A stretch of DNA of 48,489 nucleotides, the filler included, from Jimgerdemannia flammicorona (lineage: Eukaryota): the NCBI GenBank assembly GCA_003990765.1. It is 2 parts of 2 records of this genome, joined end to end, with 100 filler letters (N's around TTAATTAATTAA, not from the genome) between each part and the next. Parts side by side here need not be neighbours in the genome. Positions count along the whole stretch, not along the records: positions 24,303 to 48,489 come from RBNJ01001009.1; 1 more part is not named here. One strand, 5' to 3'. The position numbers and the translations under genes were made by a program. How positions within the stretch are numbered: position 1 is the first letter of the stretch; each line of letters begins with the position of its first letter. Shown piece after piece: positions 37,701 to 48,489 of this stretch. The notes beneath the pieces are model-generated. The model worked only from the letters and a program-made list of their open reading frames with translations. It was not told the DNA's origin and searched no databases.

Positions 37701-40700
37701 TAAATAATTCCTAGACATCCTTCAGTGACCTATTGATAGACCATCTAACCTCAGTATCAGAGTAGCAGATAGAGCCCAAACTCAACTTCTTGGAGAAGTA
37801 TAAAACATCACTATCTCTCTTAAACATACATATTTAGTTCTCTATTCTAAAAGCTATTATCACTGAAGCTATTATCTATAATATAATCCTTAGTACTAAC
37901 TGGATGAAAGAAATGAATACAGTCATTGATATTGACCAATAGATGCTCAAATTTGACTATAGAGAAAAGAAGTACAGAATCAAGATGACTAGCTATAAGT
38001 AATCAAAGAAGAAGAAGAAGGTTACTATAGAAAGAGTATATTAGTAGTGAAGATTCTACTATAGAGAAAGAAGAAGAATCTGAAGATAGAAATAATTCCA
38101 AACTTGATCTATTAATCAATCTAGTATATGATAGACCAGAAGACAATATATGAGTAAAAGACATTATCTCCATTACAATCAGAGTCATTATAGAATAAGT
38201 CAGAGGATGCCTCATTTATTTCAAAAGATATAAGTACTCTAAACATTTCTTTAACATCATTGAAATAAGGAATTCACCTTGTACAGTCTGTTCAAAATAT
38301 AGAAAAAAAAAAAATTCTCTCTAAAGATATTTATAACTGAAGCTGCAAAAGTATTAGTAATTTGAAAATAAGAAATATCTAATGAAGAAACTCCTGAATA
38401 AGAAGTCTCTAAACAGGAGAAACTTTCTGAACTTATTTCTCTAGAATAACTCTTATTATATTATGCTAGAAGATGATAATTTTTAGAATACTGAAGAAGA
38501 ACCAAGCAAAGTTACTATTATCTCAAGATAAGAAACAAACTAGAAAAGTATCTTTCAGCTAGGAAGATGCTAGTATTAGGTGGTCTTCTACTCTCACTGA
38601 GACTATCGCTATATATCAGTACTATTTATTAGACCAGCAAGAGAGACAAAGATACTTCAAATTAGTATCTTTAGTAATTATTATACAGATAACTATATAT
38701 TAAGAAATAACCACTATATTGACAAAATAAGTTTAATTTTTTATTTTTTATTTTTTTTTTATAGTCACTTAGACTTCCACTTTATTACCAATTATCATTC
38801 AATTATATTATATTAATACAAAGGTATGGACATATCCTTTACCCAATTCTCTCTCTCTTCTCTACTCTCTTCCTTTCTCTAAAGAGCTACCAACCCCTCT
38901 ATGACCCCAACCCTCTCTCTACTCTTCTTATAAATATATTTCACAAGCCTCCTACTGATTCCCCCTCCAGATCTCCACCCCTGCCACCAACTATTTAGAA
39001 TGTCCAGCAATAATCACTCTCATCATGCAATCTATACCCCAATCTCTAAGTATTGACCATCCTCAAATATAAAGAGCCAATGTCTGGCCAGCTCAACTCA
39101 AATGACCAGAGCCTACCCCAAAGTCAATTACTCATCCCCAACTCCACCCACCAGCCTCTGCCAGAGATCACCCCACCTCCTACTCTCCACTCTCTCTAGA
39201 GATCTCAACTCCAGCTAGTCAGTAATGACTCTTCAGAAATCTCCTAGAATTTTACACTCTCCTAGCTAATGCTCAGAGGTCTGTACTATGTCACTCATCT
39301 GCCTAACATTAAGATACTCCTCACACTCCAAAGTACCTTCTTCTACTAAGTGTCCCAACCAATAATTCAACATTACATTATACCTCAGTAGCTACTACTA
39401 TACCATCCAGAACTTGGGAGAGAGCCATCTTACCACCTGCTTGTATTAAGGCCAGATACCATTCTAGTCCCACTCTTCACCAATCCCTACCCTCTGCTAT
39501 ACCTCTAGCCACAAATCTCTCTCATACTCTTATAGATATTCTATTTTATCTTCTAGCTGAAAATTCTTCACTGGTGTACCCTCCAATAGTAGGTAGTCTT
39601 ATTGCCATATCCATGGTCTCTATTCCTCCTCCCCCTCATCACTCCTCTACCAGAGACCAATACAGTAGGCACCATCCACCACTCTCTACCAGAATTCTCT
39701 ATAGTACATCTTCTTACTCTCTTTAAGAGTCACCAGAGATAGCAGATCACCAGTCATGCCTCAGGGAGAGCACCAAGCCTCCCACACCCTCTGCAAAAGG
39801 AGCACTTACTCTTGTCTCTGCAGTTTACTTACTTGCTTCAGCCACCATACCCTCAAGTAGTACAGATACTTAGTGAAGTCCACCAGGTCCAGCCCACCTC
39901 TATCTACTAGCAATATTAATATCTTCTAGCAAATCTGGCTCCTCCACTCTGCCCAGATCTATGACCTGGCCAATTTTAATAGTCTCTTGACTATCCATAC
40001 CAGAAAGTCTAAATAATACTCCACATATCATAGCTTCAGTATCTAGTACACATTCAGTACCATCACTCTCTCTGTCAGGGAGATATAACAGCCTCCCTAC
40101 CTCAAAAGAACATCTCTCTATACTAGTAGCTGCTGTTCCCACCAACTATGAGGTAGCAGAGAACTATATATCAAAAAATAGATCTTTAAGTAACATACTG
40201 CTTTACCAGCTAGGACTATTATTCTGATCACATCACCACTAACTATTCCTCTATCTAGGACCAGGATCTCACACTTATACCAATTGAGCCTAGTATCTGA
40301 ACATCTCTTATACTATTCCACTGTACTCTTCAGCACTACTACATCCTCTACAGAGTCCAGTCTAATTACTATATTATTGGTGGGAATTCCAACCTTTCAG
40401 TTTACTTCTAAAATATTAAAACCCCCAACTCTACACTATATCCTATCCAATAAAGACTCTAATGAGAGGGTATATAGAATCAGTAATAATAGATATCCTT
40501 GCAGTATTTCTTTGCCTAGGGAGAGGGACTCTCTCCTATGTCTATTCACTATAATAGCTGCCCTACTCTCCTCTAACAGACCAATAAATGATCTTTTAAA
40601 CTCTGGGGAGACTCTCATTTACTTCAATATCCCTTCCAGTCATATATATCAAACTCAGTTATATGCCTTCTCTTGATCCAGAAAAACTAGTCGACCATTG

Positions 40701-43700
40701 ACCCCAGCTATACAAGTACTCTCAATAATACCATGAACTCATACTGTTCTATCTTGAATCAAATGGCTACTGACAAAGCTCCTCTGCTTAGATTCTAGTA
40801 TCTGCTGAGCTACTCCTTATAGTCTGGCCACTAAAATCTTTGTTACTAACTTACAATCTATATCCAGAAGTATGATCAGCCACTAGTTCTTTCAATCCTC
40901 TCTTCTTTCCTTATTCTTATATAACAGAGCTACAAGTCCCAAGCACTGTCTCCCAATCTATATCTCTGAGCTAATGACCTCATCATATATCTACACCAAC
41001 TCCTCCAACACAACCTCAACTTCAGCCATCTTCTTCTCAAAATCTCAAGGCAACCTATTCTCTCCAGGAGCTGTCTCTATACTCATCATTGCCAGTACCT
41101 AGCACACCTCCTCTCCTTGCACCAGAGCTCTCAGATTGCCCAGGCCTATAGCTAGGTCTGGGTGTCAATCCTCTAACTACCATTCAATGTCTAGAGCATC
41201 TTCTCCACCCTCCTCCTTACTCTGCCTTCAGTGAGACTACAGTAGGCCCAGGATCTCTGGTGTCTCATTTACCATATCTCCTGCCTCATCCAATACTCCT
41301 TTCCACTACTACCTCATCCTCCTTACCTATAGCAGCCTTGACAGAAATTTGGTAGACCACTCCCTCTCCTCCAAGCTCTGTTACCTTAACTGAGCCATCA
41401 ACCTCTATATCTGCAATTTCTCCTCCTGTCTAAGCAGCTCCTTCAGTTCATCTACCTCCTGCTGCATCCTCTAGATCCTCTAGTCTCTATTCTCACAGTC
41501 TGCTAAAGACCCAGCCCATCTCTCTAGTAATTTCTCCAACCTCTGTAAAGTCCACCTAATATACCACCTCTACTGAGTTCTCCTCTCTCTCCCAGCTTCA
41601 CCTCAGTACTGCTGCATATCTAATTTCAGTCACTACTAATGATCTCTGATCTCCAACACCTGTGCCCTCCAGCTAACAATCTTAGTACTAATATCTACTA
41701 CTCATTCTTTCTATAAGGTATTATCTCCCAGCAGTGAGATATTCAGATACCAATGTTCAGGCCTATCTCCACTACCCCCAAACCTCTCTCTGTCTAGCAA
41801 ACTCTAGTAGTCTGACCAAGGATACCAGATTGTCTCAATCTCACTCCAGACATCTGCACCCTAGCACTCAGCTATCAACACCCAGTCTATTCTTGATTCC
41901 AGCTCTACTACTCAGTATATATAGACCCTATGATTTGTCCACCTCAGTTACCCTACATCTACCAAAGAACTCAGTCTCTCAATCTCCTCCCAATCTTCCA
42001 TTCTACTACTCCTGCTTACTATTTCCCTTTCTCTATCAGTCCTGTCTATCCTACCATCACATATTATATTAAAGTCACTCTCTAGATGGTCAATCTCCAT
42101 AGCTGCCAAAACACTAGCCTCTTATAATCCTCAGATCTAATTTACTTATTTCCCCTTTTCACCAGATAGTAGCAAGATCCAATAGTCAGGAGACTCTAAT
42201 CTGATCTCCTCTACACTCTCTATACCAATCTGCTCTTTCAATGTCCAATATCTCCAATGTCTCCCTCCCTCTTCCTAATCAGAATACCCACCTGATCCTG
42301 TTATATCACTGTATCTCCCCATTCTCTCATCCAGTCCAGTAAGTCCAAGTTTACCTCAAAACCCACATTCTGCAATAAGAAAATATCTACATTCAGTCTC
42401 TTCAATCAACTAAAGATATTCTGATATCTCATTATATCCCTCAGTCCATTGACATTCAAAGAGAATATTCTAGTTATACTGTTCATATTGAATAATGTTT
42501 TTTTAAGAAGAAGTGTTTACCCAATAATTCTATGCTCATCTCATCACCTGCAAGATCTAAGTTCCTCTCTACTGTAAACTCATCTACCTCTCCTTTCTGA
42601 GCATCCAGTACCACCAAGATCTCCTAACAATCCACTCCATCTATAGCCTCCATCTCTGACCTATACTTCTTATACACTATCTGCTACTTTTTCAGCCCCT
42701 TTCTTAGACTCCACATATAAGTAGCTTGATCATTCACAATTGCCCTAAGTACTGCCTCTTTATCTTATTTACTTGATAAGCCTCAGCCTCTAGCAATGCT
42801 GCCAATATCTTATCTAAGATTTTTCTTAACACCTTCTCACTATATAGAATCTCACCCCAGTGCTACTCACTTAGTACTCAAAGTTCTCTCTCTTCAGCTC
42901 CTTAGCTGTCACATTCTGAAGCATTTTTCACAGCCACTTCTTCTTGTACATAGTCTTCTCAACTCTCTGGACCATCCTCTTCACTCCCTCTGCCTGCCCT
43001 CTCTTGATATTCCTTCTCACTAACTTGTCTCAATCCTCTTCCAGCACATCTTATAGTTCATCCTCACCAGCAGCCCTGCCTGGCACTCCATACTGAGGGT
43101 GCTCTCCCTCAACCATCTTAGTATCTTCTACAACAACACTCAACTCAGAGCCACCTCTCTCTCTCTGGGTCACCTCTGGAGCCACTCTCTTCTCCTCCAC
43201 TCAGACACTTACTTGTAATCTAGTATCTTCAGCTACAGTTCTCTCTGCCATTCCTCCTCCCAACTTTGCCAGTAGATCCTTCTGAATCCACCTCTCCTAT
43301 ATCTACTCTCAGGCTACCTGATCCCACCACACCTTCTTGCCATTGACAATCTCTATAACTATCTTGATCTCATACTTCTTCCAGACCAATCTTCTCCTCT
43401 TCACTGCTCCAGCCAGATCCTTCAATATCTCCAGCAAGTTCTCTTTATCCTCCAGTGACTCTTTCACTCATGAGACCTTGTACTCTACAGATTCTCACTT
43501 AAGAACTGCCAGCTAGTTCCTTGCCTTCCCCATATTCTCCTTGTCTGCCAGTTATTCTCTGATGTCCACATCACCAGTCCTGAAGTTAGTACCTTCTCAG
43601 ACCCTAAACCCAATATCTATAATCTCCCCATACTTCTTGACAGCCTTTACAATCAACTTCCTGACCATTTCCTTTGATACTGTAGAGATATTCAGTACTA

Positions 43701-46700
43701 TCAGTTATACTACTTGGGAATCCCAATACAAGCACTGGGTCATGGGGATCACTACTCCCCCCACTATCACTCTTTTCTCCATTACCTCCAATAGTACCTC
43801 CTCCTTCTTAAAATCAATCTTCACCCCTTCTAGTCTCTTCAAAAACTTCACTAAAATAGCCCCCTTCACCTCCTGGGCCAGAAGCCCCAGAATCATCCTC
43901 ACTAATACTGCCAAGCCTCAGAAATATAATATAATAGTAAATTCTGACCTTGATTTTTTGTGTAATAGTACTACCACCAGTCCTGTCACACTATCTGCCA
44001 GATCTCTGAGCCTCATGCCAATCCCCTGTTCAGATCTACCATTAATTATCATATCTGGATTTTTTTCCAGATTAGTAGTCCCCTCACTATCAGCAGTCTC
44101 ACTCTCTCCAGCTACTACTCCCCCAGCCCTACTGCTCTCACCACTATAGGCCACTCCCCCAGAACCTACAGCTCTTGCCATCTCCTTGCCCCTCCTTAGC
44201 CAGCCCTCCAGTCCAGTCATCATCATTGGTCAACCTTCCTCCACCTTATCTGTAAAGCTCATTCTCTCTATCTCCTGTCCCTCAGTACTGCCTCCTCTCC
44301 TTCCATGTTCTCCAGCCAGCAAGCCCCTCATACTTCCTCCCAAGTCATGACTTCTCCCCACATACTATCAGTCAAATGCACTAGTACTATCCTGCCTAGC
44401 ATATACCTCAGAATGCTCAATAGTTGCTATATTGCTAGTATCTTCTCTCCAAAAATGAAGTCATAAGTATTGATAGAAGATTATATAACTTGAATATTAC
44501 TGAAGAAAGGGTGTCAACAAAATGAGTTCATAGAAGAGATCATTACATCTATATAGAGGTATAACCCTTAGCTACTCTTCTCTCTATCTATAATAGAGAA
44601 GATTATCAATTTCTAAGACAGCAAGAAGTTGATAACTAAAAATAATACTTTTAAGTAATAGAATACTGCTTTTATAGAAAACATCTAAGCTGCTAAACCT
44701 ACCAATATGAGAGGATATACCTTAGCTAAGATATCATAGTATATATACTCAAGAGAGGAGATAATATAATTAAGATTAGAAGAAGCTGAGCCAAGAAATC
44801 CATAAAAAGAATTCTTAAGATCTATAATCTAAAAGATGATATTCTTGCTCTCATTAGATATATATGTAACTTACCAAGAATGAATAAAGGATGCCATCAA
44901 CTTTATAAAAGCCCCAGACTCTACTTGAAGAAGTGGAATTAACTATTTCCAAGACTCCTTTACTGAAGTCAGATAGCTACACCTTAATATTAGAGTATAG
45001 AGACTTATAACTATAGAAGCCTCATTCTAAGGATAGCCTGCTCTCAGTAAAGATATTGCATAGTATGTTCTGAAGGCAGATTCTCAATAAAGGTCCACAA
45101 GGAAGATATAGACTATAATCTTTACAATCTCTAAGATAATACTATTAGCTCTAGAAGTACAGTACTCCTTAATATAGAAATTACTATATAGTTATCCTAA
45201 GGAATCTATATTCAACTAACCTCAAAATCTAGACTTACAAAATAAGAAATTACTACAGAAATAGTAATAATAGATCTAGAATATATAGGCAAAATCAAGA
45301 TTATCTTGAAAAATAGTAATACTGAATAAATTTGAATCTATAGAGAAGAGAAGATTTCTCTAGCAGTCTTTATAAAGATTGAAACACCTCAACTTCAAAA
45401 AGTTTCTGAACTGATCCAAGATATGAGACAGACTGAAGAATTTAGAAACTCAATAAGTATAGTACTAATTAGTAAAACTTCTCAAGAACCTTATTCTGAA
45501 ATCAGAAGAGCACACTATTTTTGAAATATTTATACTACCAGTTCTCAGAAACTTATTCTTTAAACTAAATAAAGATCTCAATAATCTTGATATAGAAGAA
45601 TATACAATTCTTAATAAGATGAATTATATATACTTTCAAGCAACTAACCAAAGCTGAAATAGTCTCATTCTACTAAAAAGAATCATTATAGGCTATCTGG
45701 TACTCTATTTTAATTAGATATATAGAGAAGTTTATAAACTAAACTTATTGAAAAATATAGAAGAAAAGAAAGACCTTTCTGTCATCTAGGAGAAAGTAAA
45801 GTCTTTCATCAATATTAGAGAAGAATTGATCCCTTAGCAATAGCAGCAACTAGTAGAACTCTTTCATAAATATCAGGACATCTTTACTATAGACTATAGC
45901 AATCTGCCATATAACCTATCATATTACTACAGTATAAATACAGGAAATTTAACACTCATCTAGCATAAGTCTTATAAAATACCCCATCATCTAAAGATAT
46001 TTGAGATGGAATATATTTAGAAACCCTTAGACAATAGAGTTATCTGATCCTCTACCAGTCTCTAGACCAGCTCTATACTTATTATACTCAAGAAAAGATG
46101 ATGAAGACTCTGTATAGATTACAGGAAGCTCAACTTAGTGATAGAAAAAAAAAAACTACTCTTTGTCTAAAATTGATAATCTTCTAGACTAATTACAAGA
46201 TATCAGATACTTTAGCAGTAGAGATCTTTTTGCAGAATTCTACAAGATATTGATATTTAGAAAACAGTCTTTCTTATCTTAGACAAATTATTTAAATATC
46301 TCCAAATATTTATTATACTCTATAATATATCCCCAATCTTTCAGAGAATGATAAACTAGTCTATATTCTACTGATCCACTACTGTCTGATTATATATAGA
46401 TTATTACAATATTTATTTAGCAAACTTTGAAGAATACCTATACTATCTAAAAGAATTCTTCCAGCTCAACTATAAGAACCATCTGAGACTCAATACTAAG
46501 AAATATTACTTTGGAAAACAGAAACTCAAATTCTTTAAATTTATAGTTTCTAATGAAGAAATTCTGTCAGATCTAAAGAAAACTGAGAAATCAATAACTG
46601 GTTAGTATCTAAGACTCTAAGAAAAACACTATTATTTTTTATACTAGTATCTTACTATAGAAGATTTATTAAAAACTTTACTCAAATTACTACTCTAATT

Positions 46701-47380
46701 TGAATTCTGTTTTAAAAAGAAGTACCCTATTAATAGACAGAACTACAACAACTAGCCTTCAGAGAACTTAAGCACTATATAATTATAGTATCAGTTCTTA
46801 TATAATCCAATTTATAGAAGCTATTCATCTTATATATAGATGTCTCTAAAGATGGCCTTAGAGTAGTTTTAGCCTAAGAAGGATCTAACTAATAGTACTA
46901 TATGATAGTTTATATAAGCTGAGCTATCAACTAGCAGTAAGCCAACTATGGTAACACTAAATTAGAATATCTTACATTATATAGATAATAACTCTATTCA
47001 AGTACTATCTTATTAGAAAAATATTTACTCTGATAGCTGACTATACTACTCTCAAATAGCTATTTAACTATAAGAAACTTATCAGAATTCTTATCTACTA
47101 GATTCTTATCTTACAGAATTATAAAATCACTATTATTTATAAAGCAGAGAAAGTTTACAATAATGTGATATACTTTTCTACTAACTCTAATAAACCAAAA
47201 AAGGATATACTATAAAAATATACTCTAAAGGAAGTTTTTATAACTACTAAAGTATAAAAAGACCTCATCTGATAAGAATATCTAAAAGCTATAAATAATA
47301 TACTAATACTAGTTTAACCTCAGAATATAAGCTAGAAATATATATAAGAAATACATATGATACCTACTAGAAGTTCTTAT
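34710..47380 (+). mobile_element. Third, heavily C>T/G>A-mutated copy of the dUTPase Gypsy family (element 3), split by a LINE and truncated in early integrase
   Basis: LTR remnant ~34710-35532, degenerate PBS ~35538, gag from ~35573, PR ~37650-37990, dUTPase ~45060-45455, RT ~45800-46730, RH ~46820-47170. Colinear with element 1. Confidence 0.9.
38736..44510 (-). mobile_element. Full-length L1/Tx1-like LINE nested in element 3
   Basis: Poly(A) ~38737-38760, ORF2 ATG at 42486 (MNSITRIFSLNVNGLR), ORF1 upstream. Decayed ~19-bp TSD tattgacaaaataagttta (38717-38735) / tgtcaacaaaatgagttca (44512-44530). The Gypsy sequence resumes in register. Confidence 0.93.
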
Positions 47381-47389
47381 CAATATACT

Positions 47390-47680
47390 GTCTGTCTAAA
47401 TTTTATCAGTAAAACTCATTCTCTCTAACCCTATTTCACCTCCTCCAGATCTCCTACTCTCTCTCTACTCTACCTCTACTCTCACAAGAGCCCAAGAGAC
47501 TCATACTCACATTATAACCCCTTCTTATATACTATTAGTTAAATATATTAGAGCTATCTTGTCTAGTATACTCTTCTGAGCTCAGAGTTAATAATATATT
47601 ACTATTGCTTTTTTTTAAAAAACTGCAAAAAATAAGTTGAGAATTTGTTATATATATAATCTAAGTAATAGCTGAGAAAG
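47390..47680 (-). mobile_element. Degraded 5' end (UTR and ORF1 start) of another LINE
   Basis: ttatcagtaaaactcattctctct and tatactattagttaaatatattagagctatcttgtctagtata align with 44245-44405. Confidence 0.65.
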
Positions 47681-47789
47681 ACTCATTACTCAATATATAA
47701 TACCTGATTCTAGATAATATAGAACTAAGGAAGAAAGTTAGATCTTACTATATTAGACTATTTGAAATCTTAGAGAAGTATAGTCTTAT

Positions 47790-48489
47790 CATACAATTCA
47801 CATTATACTAACTTCAAGCAATAGTTTTTGACACAACTTAGAGAAAAGGTATTATAAAAATATTATCGAGTAATAGTACTGATGGGTGTGCTAGGTCAGG
47901 TAGACCTGGGGCTTTTGGCTAGCAGTATGTAGAAAGAAGTTATGGCCTGGAGATAGAGGCCTTTGGAGGGTTAAAGGGTGGTGAGGGCTCTGGAGGTAGA
48001 CTGATGTCTGGTGGCAATGGGGGAAGGACTGGCCCCCCAAGCTTTGTGGATAAGATGAAGGAGAGTGGGTGGCCAGCTGAATCTAGGGCTGGTGCTACAG
48101 AAGGGAAGGGCAAGGTGAGTCTAGGGAGAGAGGGAGGTACTCAGGTGGGGAATGCAAGCATAGGTGCTAGAGGTGCTGTGGCTGGGGGTGGAACTACTGA
48201 TGGTAGTGTAACAGGAAATCAGGAAAAAAAAGAGATGTGACAGCTGATGGTGGAGTGGGGCAGGGGTTCCCAATGCAGAAGGGGGAGCTGGCTGATGGTG
48301 TAATGGGGCTGGTGGTGGCACTGTTACTCAAGAAGTCAATTTCAGAGTATATGGTAACCTTGTGCTTCTGGGGCTTAGCAGTGATGGCAAGGATGGTCCT
48401 GGGGCTGGTGGCAAGGATCTGTGAGCAGAGTGGAGGAAGGGTGGAAATGGTATTAGACAAGGCGGTCTTTCATAGGGTGGGAGTAGGGG
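47790..48489 (+). mobile_element. 5' part of a plus-strand L1/Tx1-like LINE (ORF1 N-terminus), running out of the window
   Basis: LADGVMGLVVALLLKKSISEYMVTLCFWGLAV closely matches ORF1 of LINE 28761-34638, and ctaggtcag(g/a)tagacctgggg is shared. Confidence 0.85.

Overview
This is a eukaryotic, almost certainly fungal, heterochromatin-like nest of retrotransposons. I cannot identify a host gene with confidence. The window is split by an artificial 100-bp contig spacer (24203-24302), so the two sides may not be adjacent in the genome. It holds three copies of one unusual Ty3/Gypsy LTR family at increasing stages of C>T/G>A decay: a full-length copy at 1738-12196 (+) inserted in a related reverse LTR, a 3'-truncated copy at ~16076-24050 (-), and a heavily mutated copy at ~34710-47380 (+). 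The family has a tRNA-Pro-type PBS and one long Gag-PR-(Cys/His-rich insert)-dUTPase frame. A probable programmed -1 frameshift (G_GGA_AAC plus hairpin) leads into RT-RNaseH-IN, and an extra ORF is coupled to the integrase stop by ATGA. At least seven L1/Tx1-like LINE copies or fragments are interleaved; two are full length with TSDs, and four share a conserved 3' stem-loop. Two further ORFs (an intact CpG-rich one at 24303-24897 and a decayed one at ~27945-28391) appear to belong to the same uncharacterised protein family as the Gypsy extra ORF. All alignments were done by eye, and boundaries marked ~ are approximate.
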